Assembly (NCBI RefSeq): GCF_031769215.1
Contig: NW_026781904.1
Span: 372,001 to 436,000, forward strand
Direction of reading: 5' to 3'
Source of the DNA: Ylistrum balloti
Lineage: Eukaryota
Length of the DNA: 64,000 nt
Below the pieces are notes generated by a model that was not told the origin of the DNA, made no database searches, and was given only the letters and a program-made list of their open reading frames with translations. The position numbers were made by a program, and so were the translations under genes. Positions 13,439-26,814 of this stretch are shown piece after piece. Numbering within the stretch: position 1 is the stretch's first letter; every line of letters starts with the position of its first letter.

Positions 13439-13452
13439 GCGCCACCTAGCGG
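13439..13452 (-). promoter_or_regulatory. Candidate CTCF-binding motif
   Basis: Minus strand CCGCTAGGTGGCGC, a near-perfect match to the CCASYAGRKGGCRS core. Motif match only. Confidence 0.5.
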
Positions 13453-14424
13453 AGAAAACCTGGAAGGCCTTTTATCATTTTTAAATAAATAAAATCGAAA
13501 AGGGGGCAATAAACGATATTATCTTGATAACAACAGGGATTGTTTCGTCAGTTCTAAAACTGCGGATAGTCTCAATAATTTGTTGGCTAAGGTGATATTC
13601 CCGTGAATGGAAATCATTTTGACGAGGGGTCTCCTTGTAGTAGCTAGTGGCTGCCTCCCTGAACAACATACGGAAGGCCCGTCGCATGTCACTTAAAGTA
13701 GATCTGGTACAGTGTCTTTCCAAGGGCTCAACCATGACAGCACCGATCCTTAGATACAGAAACCCACTCAGGTATATTTAACCTCGGACCTTCACCTGCG
13801 GTTTGCACTGTGGGCAACGCTCTGCTGACGGAGGTATTGCGATCCCAGTCTCATATGATAAAACGAATTGACTGTCTTGGGAAAAACACCTCAGTCACGT
13901 ATTGAAGAAACCAGCTGACGTGGAAAAACACAAGTCGCTCCAACATAAGTGTGTGTTTTCGGTATCAAAGGAAGACTCCACAACAACCGGAAGCCACATC
14001 CCCATAACTGGACTATCAGATCTAGGACGATAAGACATACATGCCCATTAAACTCTCTCTTATATTCCTTAGTATTCAACTCCAGACGTCAACAGTCTCC
14101 ACACAAAAGGATATCAGCTGGTAACCCGGGGTATAAAAAGTATTTCAGCCAAATGATAACCTAATGGCATTTGTTTTCTACTCGGACCAAAAAGTGAAAT
14201 AAAGAAAGAAAAGTATATATAATACTATTAAAGACTTAAATATTAACATATTACAACATTTCATACCAGAACTGAGAACCAATTGAAATGTTCGTGATGT
14301 TTTCATTCTAAAGGTAATGTTTCTGACTGGTGTCCATATTTACGTCATTTTGATGTAATTTATTCTTACATAATTCTCTGTCAGGGGTATACCTGTTACT
14401 CATCTTCTCTCGCAATTGTTATCG

Positions 14425-14600
14425 CTCCCCCACCCCTAGACGGGGTACATCCCCCCTCTCCAAGACGAGGTACTCCCTCCCCCTATCCTGGATGATGTAC
14501 TCCCTCCTCCTAGACGAAATGCATCCCATCCCCCTCTCCTAAACGAGGTACGCCCCCCCCCCCCGCCAGACGAAGTACCTCCCTCTCCTAGACGAAGTAT
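14425..14600. repeat. C-rich degenerate minisatellite, about 25-bp unit, about 7 copies
   Basis: tagacgaggtac followed by C runs recurs at 22-29-bp spacing. Confidence 0.8.
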
Positions 14601-17600
14601 ATATTATGTATATACACAAGTAACTTTCAGTCGTTGACCCCATTTCTCAGCATACTTTAAGGGTACACGTGCTTAATGAATTCAGTTTCCTCCATCCCGT
14701 TTGACAAACAATTTAATCATTAATGACCCGGATGATCCCTCTGTATCCCTGAGCCACGCCCCTTCCGGTATACACGCCCTCTACATTCCATTATTAAACT
14801 TACGTCTTTTATAACCTTCTTTATGTTAAATTGGTTATCTCATTTTCAAGGAGATAGGCTTTATAACAGCTCAGGTGTAGAATACAAATCGTCGATCATA
14901 ATTTACCAGGTAAACCCGTATCAGATTCGACATAGATCTTTCATTGTTACATAGGTGTGTGTTCTCGTTGAGACTAAAGATAAGGGTATGACAAGCCCTA
15001 CTGTTTCAATCACCACCACAGTGTTTATATACATAAAAAATAAATGTTTCATAAAAACAAAGTCGACGGGATTTCTGAATAGAAGTTTTTGTTTCCACTG
15101 TGAATAATGTAGTCATATTTCACGATTAATGTGATAGAAGAAATGTAGACGTAAAGTAGATGGAAAAATAAATCTTCCGTGTCCATCTATAAAATCAAAC
15201 GATACGTCTTATTTTGACCTCAGATGGTCTTACTTGAAATTTCGCACCAAAATAAATAAGTTAAAATTCTTCTCCGTTTCTTCCCTTTATGTCATTCTCC
15301 CGTGCGTCCATTCTAACAACGAACAATACTAGTCATGTTTGATGAAATGTAACACACACACAAAAAAAACCATACAAATTTATCCCTGATGCTGACCATA
15401 TGTTGTACCTACCGTATCTACTTTATATAGCAGTGCTCTCTACTTCCGGTTTTTAATCACCATGCCAGAAAAAAATGAACATTCCCACAAGGCCACACAA
15501 TCTTACAAATGAACAGACATATCCATATACAAATGAATTAATTAAATATATTTTCCGGGTCTTTAATTACGTATATCTAAATTAGGACACTGTTTTAGGG
15601 ATCTGGGTCCATTGGACTTCCTGCTAATTGCGTGACTTCCGGTGTCAGAAGTTCCTGATCGTTACTGTGTTTTTTATCATCGACAAAACCATAGCGATAT
15701 TGTGAAGCAATGCATAAGGAGCACATGTTATCTGGTTTTCTGTTGAATTTAAAAAAAAACAGCGAAATTGTCAATTTACATTTACGATTGGGAATTATAA
15801 CATGACATACGGGAAGGCTTCGTCCACATTGCGTTATACATTTGCCTTAAAGTTGTGTTTTACTGTTTGTGCAAACGTAATTTGAGAAATATTGTAAATA
15901 CTGCGAAGTTAGATCAATCTTACTAAGGGATGCAAAAGTACTCTATGAAACTTGTCCGATGTACTAAATATACCAATTTTGGGCTATATTACATTTTGCT
16001 TAACGTTCTGATGCAAAATGCACATATTTGGGCATTACAATTGTAGATATCTATGTTGTTTTTTTTTATATCTCATTTATAACCAGCTGACAATTTCCGG
16101 CAAGAGGTGATTAATTGCTCGCGGGGAAGTAGGATATCTGTTTTAATTTTTATACATTTTTAAAAATCACGGTCAGACGAAAGATCACTTCAACTCTCTC
16201 ATATGTCAAGATTAATGTTCTTCTTGGTTGTTGACAGTGAAGACAACTTTGACAAAAAAAGTAAAAGAATAGATTTCAAAATCACCTTAACTTGCGCGAG
16301 ACTGATTGATAACAAAGCAAAGTTCACCCGAGTAAAATATGATTGTGTTTGTGGATAGGATAAAACATCAAAAATATGTTACCGGTAGCTTCAAGCATGA
16401 CATTGCTTTCATCCTCAGTTTTGCTGAGCCAGCGTTAATACTGAATAACAAAAACGGTTTCGGTAGCCTTTTCATACCTTTTTACGAGATAAAGTGCTGT
16501 CTGTAGGATAATGTGCTAGGTCTCTCGTGACTTTACCTGTTTAAAAACCTGCATGTAATGAAGATATGCAAGATGATAGGATAAATATATGAAAAAGGCC
16601 TACTTGTGTATTCCATACAGCCTTCCACTGGCCATTGTCGTCTTTATTGAGCGTTCCATGTCGCGAGAGTCGAGAAATTTTAGGAGATTTCTCTAAAGAT
16701 GACCCTTAATAATACTGTCGTGATCTAAGAAATACGAGACAAATCATGTAAATTTTTCACGTATATTATATATAAAATACATATTTGCTGCTAAAATCAA
16801 CTCGAAAGTAAGATAAAACCTGTCTTTGAAACGACCTCCTTGTGTAACACCAGACGTCTCAGAAAGCTTACCCTTGTGTCATCTAAAATTAAATATACGA
16901 CGTTTAGCAGATATTTTAAAGAAAAACAGCCTCTTTCCGTACCGGGAAGGGTCACTATCGATACAGTAAATGCAACGTTGCCATAAAACTATTCTTAAGA
17001 GTATACATTGTGATATTCTTCGTGGCAATTTAACTCCATTCTAACATACTATGTATATGAAGGTTGTTGAAGCACATCGTCGCCTAAGATTCTATTGTAT
17101 AAGTTTGTAAAATTCAAACTTCAAACAATTGATTCCTATGTCTTGTTAAGCAGCCCAGTGGTTACTTGTTGACAATCAGACGTGTGATCTGTTTGATGTA
17201 AACGGATAGATATATAATAAGTAAGAGAGTCTTTTGCGAATCAGCGTTTTGAATACCGGAACTGCAACTGCATGGCAACCGGAAGTGATGTCGAATTTCC
17301 TTTTCGAAAATCATTGGAGTTTTTTTTACACAAAATACTTCCTAGATTTTTGTTGCCGAGTCGCTCGGTGCTATTTGAGTGAGAAATATATTGTCTCTTC
17401 ATGGATATGCTGGAAGAAGGCCTCTAATGTTAAAACACAGCTAAATATTTCTTATTCAGAACCTTTGTATTTAAAGACCAAGTGGAGAAAATGAAGAATG
17501 TGCTGGTGATGTGGAATAGATATTGGTCGCATACGTGAAGCAGGAAACAGATGTTTTGCAGGTGATGCGGACAAATAATGAAACATAATGTTTTTTTTTT

Positions 17601-20600
17601 TTTTTTAAATCTTTGTCTTGGTGGCAGTTAGGAGTTCATTTAAAAAAAACTTTGAATCAAACGCTCAAATGACTTAGGTAGGTGTTAAGACTCATCGCAA
17701 TGGTCTGATATAGGGTTCTTACATTATGCTAGTCATTGTTTGGTGTACTTACACTAAGGCAGGTTGATCTAGCCGAGATGGCTGTTTCTAACAAGCATGT
17801 GCCTAAACACAACACACACACCCCACTCCTCAAAAAAAAAAAAAAACCCAGAAAATTGATCTTTAATAATATGAAAAATCGTACATAATAGATTCGTATT
17901 AATGAATAAATCATATTTGAATACGTGAAGTAGCGTCTTCGAAATATCAGGAGGACTTTGCAGGATGTCGAACCTTTACACTATATCAGACCATTAACCA
18001 GCGGTGAACACCTCTACATTAGTTACAAAGAAAATTATGTTCTAACTAAAAAACAATAAAACGTAGATGAAAGCTCAATCAAGCAAGATTTTGTAGGATT
18101 TAATGCAATTTTATTCTTTCAAAATGTTTGACCGAAACCTTATATTAAATCCGCCGGAGATTTTTTCTCTTTTTTACAGCCAATCAGTCTCCTTACGGCT
18201 TCCTTCGAGATTTAGTTGTTGTCGACAGAGCAAAAATTTATCTGTGATATAACTGTTAATTGCAGTCTAAGCGCTTTGGGGATATTTAACCTTTAATTAA
18301 TTCTGTTTTCTGTCCGAACCATTCGCCTTATTTACAACGCTTGTGATTTATTACAAAATCCGGGGGATCAAACATACACATTTATCTTTGTGTAAACTGC
18401 CCTCTAGATATCGTACATATTTACACTTTAGAATGCACCAACATTTGTTTTGTACAAAGGGCATATTGCCAATTACATACCTGCAGTTGATTACGTCAGA
18501 ATTGTTGACAGTTTTTTTCTCTCTCAAAATATTATATATAGATAACGACTGCAGGTGTGCAGGTGTGCAGGCGTGGCCAGATTTTCACTATGTCACCTCT
18601 ATACAGTCCAGATACAACACATTGCAATGTTCATACTCGGTGTCCCTATTAAGCATCCATACAGGCATTTCGGGCCCGTTGTCTTGGAAAATACTTGTGA
18701 AAGCTCATTTCTGTATGAAACACTGCTGAAATGCATGAAATAATCCCGTTACATCTCTATGTAAAATGCTGGTTATATTACTTAGTAACGATCCCCCGTA
18801 AGGAAATCATCCATTAAACAAATAATACATTAAATCGGTGTTAAAGTCTGCGAAATAAATGAAGTCGTTTCGATGGAAAGAATTTGAAAACTCCGGAACA
18901 GAAGACATTAACCGTATCTATATGTTTAATGGATTTAAAAAAAAATGAGGTAAAGAAAAAATCCGTTTCGACCTTGAGGCTGTAAAAGAACATGACAATT
19001 GCCATTAATTTAAAGGGTTAAGCAGACACAGGCGACATTAGTGTAAATCTTGAACTTAAGTCTGGGATAAAGTTTTAACATACAGGTAGTAATGGATTGT
19101 GTATTTGGGTGACTTATGACGCGACGTCTGTGTGTCAAGACAAGGGTCCGTTTAATACATGTCAGTTTGGACAGGTGAAAGTGTCGTTTATGAGGCGGCG
19201 TCCCTTGTTAGGGCCAGTGACAACTCCTTCTTGAAGTGATATGTGGTAAAGTGAAGGTTAACGACTAAAAAGGGGATGTATAATAAAATAGCATTTCTTC
19301 TGGTAAATTACGCACGTGAAGTGCCTAACAACACATTTCGTCGAGAATTAACCCATACACTTAAAGTAACCACTTAAACTTTATTGTTATAGTAAAACAT
19401 GTATGTTTGCTATGATAGCGTCGAATGATATGCAGGCGTGTGAAATGTTGGGTTGGGCTAGATCGGAGGGAGGCGGGATGGGGGTAGGGGTGGAGGAGGG
19501 TGGGTGGATGGAACATTATCTGTTAATGTCTACCCAGAGTTGTCGTTCCTTTCATTCAACTGAACAATCGGAACACCTCGCTTCGAATACAGGATCTTTC
19601 ATCAAAGATGACCCAATGGGAATCGGCCGATGTATTCCGATAGTCGCATGAAATGTCGAAACCTCTTTTTTGAAACAGATACCGGATTCCGGAATCGGAA
19701 CATTACATATTATGGGCCAAGTTTTATTTAAAGGAGTGCAAATAATGAACTATCTTTGATTATTGATGATAATGAACATTAACATTATTTCTTTCGGTAT
19801 ATTTTCAGAGTAATACAATTTTGAATAAATTATATCTTATGTCAGTAATACAGATCTGAAATGTCGAAAGTTTCACTTATCTATAATTAATGGTCGGTTG
19901 AAAATGAGCTATAAAGGTTTTTCTTGGTTGAGAAGAGGAGTGGCAAATTAGTTTTATGAAAATTTAGTTGATAAGGAAGCGGCCAGATATGTCAAAATGA
20001 ATTATATCAAACTGAAATGGGAGAGGACGTGGAAATAATACAACGGTAAAACAGGTCGATTTGAAATATCTACAACACTAAATCGAGAAAGACCAAATTT
20101 GGTTAATTAATAAGTAGTTACTTTTGACACGCGCTGTTCAGATAATGTTGTAATTCAATTGATAAAAAGACCATTTCAAAACTTGACAATAGTCGACAGA
20201 AGATTTTGCTTTCGACGTTGAATAATATATATTGAATGTAGCCCGGAGTAAATCTGAATTCTTCAGACGTCGACAAATGTTATCACTCAATAAGATATCA
20301 GGTTAGCTGTTGTAATGTTTTCAGACAGATCTGATTAGAATTCGTCTTGGGGTGTAACTGTAAGTGTCCAAAGGCGTGAATTCATGATGGTTTGTGTAAA
20401 TGGTTTTAGATAGTCACTGTGATACAAGTAGCTTACGTGCATTGCATCGTCCATGTAGGTAATTCCATTACCGGGTGGAGGGGGCATACTTTGGCACACA
20501 TACATGTAGCAGTTATTGATGGCCCCTGCGCGAATGACAGAGACCCTGACTGATGTTATGTGCATTTCTTTTAAACACACTTCGGACGCAGAACGTCATA

Positions 20601-21851
20601 AAGAATATGTCGTGCCCGTGACAACTCAGAAAGATAAAGACTATAAAAATATTTTTCTTGTACCTTAAGTTCGGAATCGTCATTCCGGGATCGACAGAAA
20701 AGCTACACACACACACATGCAAGTTTTAATTTTTTTTATGAAATTAAAATATTTGAAATACCTACGCGTACCAATGAATCTTGTTGAGAGAATAAAAAAC
20801 CTCGATTTCTAGTTAATATTACATGTGTATAACAATCGATAACAATTGTTTATGATGTTTACAGAAAGCAGCAATAAAAATAGAAAGTCGGTATGTCAAC
20901 AAAATCGTAAATTTAAACTCAAATCGATGAAATGAGGGTAAAATATTAACAAAAAAATGAATTTTCACCGAGACAATCAAATTAGTGAAGTACGACCAGG
21001 TGTTCTAAAAATGTAAGCGTCTTCTGCTTCTTGCAATGTGCGGTTTTCAATATGAGAACTGAGTTAAAAGCAACGAAACCATCACACATCAACTACAACT
21101 TTCATATCATCATTTAAATATGTAACTACCATGCAGGTATTTGTACACTGCAGACAGGAAGTACACTGTAGATTATGTTAAGTGTAAATAATTAAATGAG
21201 TACAAATTTCTAGAATACCACATGGGCTTAGTAAAAACTTATAAACTTGCGATTCATTTTGATTTGAGATATTTGGTTAAGCCCTGTGCTGCATATTTTT
21301 CTTTTTACGGGAGTTTATACATTAAAATGTACAGTATTGCATATTACAGACCTAATATGCACATATTAGTCCTTAGCCAGCGGTTATATCATGTTTACAA
21401 AGCAATGAATGTCTGCGGGTTACGTAGACAAAATAGGCTTTTACTGTCATCAAAATACTGAAGTGAAAACAGGAAATGGCTGCGTTCTTTAGAGATTTTC
21501 ACATTCCATTCAAAAATGTCCTCCACTAGGTGACAGGCAGGTATATATCTAGACAGAAACGTACAGATTAAATCAACATTATGTTGATTTTAAAGTGTGC
21601 ACGGTCATTTCTTATGTACCTAATGAACTCTTATATATGCATCTTACCTTTGTGTGATCAAGCTTCCCAAAGCTATGACGAATAATTAACATTGTTAAAG
21701 AAATATGTCAGTGTTAAGTGTAAGTACTACTATTTCTTGAACGACGCATTTGATTACAAATAGAAAAAAATAATTGCACTCGATAGCAAAATATTCCAAT
21801 TTCGTGAACACCTATTTTATATTTAACCATTTGCGATATTTTAAGGTAAAA

Positions 21852-22023
21852 TACATTCGAACTTCGTTATTTCGAAGTCGTGAGGGCCGTTGGAAAACTT
21901 ATCCGAGTATTCGATTTAAGTCAGATCGAATGTTTGGTGAAAAGCTTAGCCGAGACAGACGAGAAACTTCGAATTAAACGGGGTCTTAGATTTATACGAG
22001 TTTGAGATAACGAAGTTCAGCTA
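21852..22023. mobile_element. Tc1/mariner-type MITE (about 170 bp)
   Basis: Terminal inverted repeats tacattcgaacttcgttatttcgaa and tttgagataacgaagttcagcta, with TA at the ends and no ORF. Confidence 0.75.
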
Positions 22024-24239
22024 AATATTTCGTATATTCTGTCTTTGTGCTGTACATATCCAACAGTCCCCGATAATATCTTTATTATATATATTAGATA
22101 ATTTTACTCTGGTTACAATATGTCTTATTTTTGTGACTCTCTTACATTTCATTAAAATTAGTCATACATCACATTTTATTAACCAAAAAATATCGTCTCA
22201 TTTGTTAGAATATGATACTTTTTCACGTGCGTCTGATGACATAGGAGACGAAATGATGCAACCGTATTTGACAGTCACCGGAAGATCTTGAATTTCTGTC
22301 TACATATGCAGTTTTTTTTTTAAGTTTTAACATTCATTGACTTTGAATTTAATCAAAACGCGCTGATATAATGTAGAGGTTGTTTAACGTCTGAATGGTG
22401 ACCTTTATCTTTTAAAAACATTTTGGTTGATTCTTCTTTGCCGCGTCAGCGTGACACACTGAAACAGATTCCGCGAATAATTCTGATGCAAGTAACTTGA
22501 ATGTTTCTGAAAAAATCAGTGAAAGTTCCAAAGCTATCGTCTTTAAAAGCGAAGCAATAAAAAAATCTTTTGGTCTGTAATACATGTATGTCTATCTGAA
22601 GGATATTACTGGACATAATGATTAATACATGTATGTTAATTATAGCGAATTTTCCTGTAGCTGTCTAACGCTCGTAAAACAAAACGAACTATGTGATCAC
22701 GTGATATTTTCAAAATCAAACGGTTTTCTAACTATGCTGTTGAGAGGATACAAATTAATTATTTATGTACGGTAAGTCGGTAGTAGAACCCTTGAATTTC
22801 AAATCTGCGAACAGAGAGAATTTTCCCACACATCGTCTAGAATCTAGTACATGGCATGTCTATATACTGACGTCACAATACGTTTATACAGCTGATTAGA
22901 ACATTTTACGCTTAAAACATGAAAATGACATAAATTGTTGAAAAAATATGGACGACAATCTGAAAATAACTCATGAACTGGAGTTGACAATAGTATGACA
23001 TGGTTTCTTTATCAGTAGATTGTTCCGTGAGATCTTCTAAGTTTAATTAAGTGTTAATTTCTATCAGTTCCGTTCTCTTTTATTTTGTACAGCTGTTTTT
23101 AAAATCCAAGAACAAAAGAAATCGTACAGTAGAATTCATAATCACTGTATGAGTTTTACAGCGTCCACTTTTTTCATGTTAAATATTTTTGCTAAAATTA
23201 CGCCATTGTTAGGAGTTGAGAAAGAATTATAAATCTCATGATTTGTAGATACTTATCTACTAAGTCAGCTCAAACCGAAACGCTGATCTCAGCTATCAAA
23301 GGTATGTGTAAAAACGTCACATCATAATACAAGGTATGTCAGTCCTTTTTCACCTGTCTGAAGTCGACTTCAATCAGGTATTGTCTAAAATTACAACACA
23401 CCTGACTTTTTAAACAAAAAACCCTTGTCTATGTTAATCAGTCTTAATTAGTCACACCCTGAAAAATAAGTCAACGTCCATTCAGAGTTTTCATTCATCT
23501 GATAAATCTATTTGCAGTTTGAAAATAAAAAGAATACAGATAAATCTATCATGCTCTTTTATGAAAAAAAATGAAGACAGGTTGAATGGATAACTATGAC
23601 AACTGCCATTTAAAATTAGTTCAAAATCCTACTCAGGTATATAGAGAACGGTTGGTTAATTAGGGTCGAATTACCTAGTGTTGATTTCGACACACTTGCC
23701 CGATTAGATTTGATGTTCTATCGCGGGATAGGTAAGATCGTTCCATTGTGTTTTACCTATCAAACAAAAATCCGGATATGTCAGACCGATGTCGGTTTGT
23801 GCATTTAGACGTGTTTGACGTCTACCTTACTTGGTGGTCCTATTGTAGAGGTAAGAAAAAACACAATCACACCAGTGGTAATGGGACAATCCGAAAAGTC
23901 TCAGGTAAAATATTCTGACATTTTTCTCCATGAAGAGTTTCTGTATAAAACTGAATTTGACCAACATACACGTAGTACGTTTAGATTGAAGTCGAAACTA
24001 AAACAAACATGAGAAAATATGCATTAAAGTGATTTTTTTTCTTAATCAAACACATTTGTGAAATATATCAATTGTTTTTAAGACAGCATGCAGTGGTGTA
24101 AGAGAATAGCAAGCTCTTGAAACAATATCAAGGAATTTTAAAATAGAAATTATAATAATTAAAAACGATGTTGGTGAATGTGTTACGGGTTAGCTGGTCA
24201 GTACATGCATGTGCAGATACAGAATGATTGTGTTGACAG

Positions 24240-24506
24240 ATAAGTCAAGGACATGCGCACGTGGCGCTGGTATATTGTGAATGCTGGAGTTTTGCAAACG
24301 TGATGGTTTTGTTTTCGGTCTCTTCTGGTCTGTTACGCCAAGTGAAGGTATGCATTTGCGCCTCATTGTTGGTTTGTTAAAATGAAAGTAGCAGTCACGT
24401 GGACTGTGCAACGTGCTGCAACACCATTGGGTCAAGGTCGACGCCGCGTAATAGAACGATGACTCTCTTGTGCGTAGACCATTCAAAAACAGAGTCACAG
24501 GTATGA
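24240..24506 (+). promoter_or_regulatory. CpG-rich promoter/enhancer-like segment with possible non-coding first exon
   Basis: catgcgcacgtgg (NRF1-like plus E-box at 24258), E-box at 24396, dense CpG, donor-like aag|gtatgc near 24348 and cag|gtatga at 24500/24501, just before CpG density collapses. Confidence 0.35.
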
Positions 24507-24764
24507 TCGATATTTGTAAATTATTATAAAATTCATATGACAAATAAAACAATTTAAACTTTAACGAAAAAATGAAAGTGAGTGTAAGAAATTGTGGCCG
24601 GACCATAAATCCGTACTATCATTGACAGACGAGACTAACACTTGTGGTCTAATCAAATGCAATGCAAATCTAGAGGCACTCTGATTTTAAATATATTGAT
24701 TAAGCACTCCCGGAAGACATTGTCTCTAACTGAACATAATGATTGGCACTGTTCTTGATATATT

Positions 24765-25120
24765 GTTTATGACATTGTCATATATGCAATATCCTTGATA
24801 ACGTGTACATGTCAGACATAGATTTGGCATTGTCCTAAACACATTGCATGACATTGTATGACATTGTACTTGATACAATGTACACCATTGCCCATGATAC
24901 GGTGTGTATGCCATAATGCAGTATAATTTCATCCATGACATAGTGTATGACATTGTCCTTGATGCAATGTATGACATTGCTCTTAATAAATTTATTACCA
25001 TGTTTTTAATACAATGTATGTCAGTGTTTTTGATATACTGTATGAGAATGGTTTTGATTTTAATACAATTTTTGAGAGTATCCTTGATAAAATGTATGAC
25101 ATGAATTCTGTGTATGACAT
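24765..25120. repeat. Low-complexity degenerate repeat (tgtatgacattg-like)
   Basis: atgacat(t/a)g occurs many times with irregular spacing. Confidence 0.6.
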
Positions 25121-25354
25121 AGAAGTTGTTTGTTTATTTGTCACTGAATATATTTTTTTGACATATTTTGCCATGCACACTGTCAAATCAGTGACTTTTT
25201 TTTTTTCAAAAAACTGAATGTGAAGGTTGAAAGTTATCTCCTTCATAGATGAATTAAAAAGTTACATTCATAAACACCTGACACAAATCAACCATGCATG
25301 AACAGTATAGAATATTTGTCAACAAATAAAAGCATTGGGCATTTAAAATGCATT

Positions 25355-25910
25355 ATATATATGTTCTGGTTGGATATGGAGATAAGTCTTACTGATATAC
25401 ATGGACAATGTACATTTGTGTAAGTTATGTAGGATTTCAATTTTCTGGAACAAATTTCAGTTAGAATAATAGAGTTTTCAAAATTTGAGATTTCCTTGTC
25501 TTTATTATTAGGCACTAAGATAAAGAGAGAATTTTGCTGGGACCAACAAAGTACTAAGCGGGGTATTAAAGTTTTCTGAGTTCAAATTAAGGAAGTTCTT
25601 CTATATATATGTTCTGGTTCGAAATGGAGACAAGTCTTCCTGACATACATGTGCATTTGTAGAAGTAGATTAGAATCTTGATTTCCTGGACCAAATTTGA
25701 ATGTGAATTATTCAGTTTTCCAAATTTGAGTTTTCTAAGTCTTTATCTTTAAGGTAAAAAGAGAACATTGCTGGTACCAGCAAAGTACTTCCAGTTAATT
25801 GGTGGCATTCAAGTTTTTTCTGAGTTTGAATTAACAAAGTTCTACTGTATGTGTGTTCTGGTTGAAAATGGAGACAAGTCTTACTGATATACGTGTACAT
25901 TAGTAGAATG
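25355..25910. repeat. About 246-bp tandem repeat, about 2.3 diverged copies
   Basis: gttctggtt...atggaga(c/t)aagtctt(a/c)ctga at 25363, 25611 and 25855. Confidence 0.85.
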
Positions 25911-26814
25911 TACTACAGTACTACAAGTGTATATACATGTATATCGAACATACAGACTTCTAGTGAATTATAGAATTCAGAATGACAATACGACCTTATT
26001 ATGTTACTTTGTCAAATCAAATTACCCTCATTAATCTCTATCAATTAACACTGATTTGCTCACAATTGATGATTGAGGCGCATAACTGTCAATTAACATG
26101 TCACCTACAGCCGATCACAAAGCCAGTGTCATGTCATAAAAATCCATTACCTCATTAAAGTCGCATTCAATTTACACAATCATATAAAATGATTACCAAT
26201 TAAAATCGGGATAGATCTATGAAGATAAAATAGGCATGACAGATAATTGATTTTTTAGATATACATATATGTTGTTATTGATAAGGAAAAAGGTTTAGTT
26301 TTCATCGTTGCTTTATGTCCGATTAACAGGCAATGTCATTTAAGGACATGCCAGGTTTTGAGAGTGTAGCAAGTTATTTTCTTTTAAATTACTGAAACAA
26401 TGTTTGTCAAATCTCTCTATTCAGAAAAGCCTTGTTAGTTTCCTTGACTTCAACTACGTTTTGGTAGTTCATCTAAATATATACAGAGTTATAGCCCTTT
26501 GTTCAAGTTTGCTTTTCCTACAGTTTAGGGCATATATACTGTAATATTGCTGAATTGCACTTTTTTAAAATTTCTTACATGAGTTGAAGAGTATCCCACA
26601 AAGTCTTGACTATCAGGGATTTGATTGCTTGCTGAAAAGTAAACAGCGTCCTTACTTCTAACCTCTGTTTATTGTGTATTTTTAATACAAATCCCTGTGG
26701 TTTGTAATATTTTAGATGTTACACTATAGTTTCTGATTTGAGATTTTAATTTGAAATGAAATGAGTATATTGATTGGTTATTATGGTCTAACTTGGTACA
26801 TCGTACATTGGGTT

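Noticed and set aside
13481-13735. 84-aa protein-like minus-strand ORF
   Set aside because: No recognisable domain or splice context, and the length is expected by chance.
18286-19021. TTAA-flanked ttaacc(c)tttaa inverted ends suggesting a piggyBac-like MITE
   Set aside because: The match is short and almost all A/T, so it cannot be distinguished from chance.
24190-24606. 138-aa minus-strand ORF
   Set aside because: Composition is non-coding-like (AT-rich F/L/K/Y start) with no domain. It is better explained by the CpG-rich regulatory patch.
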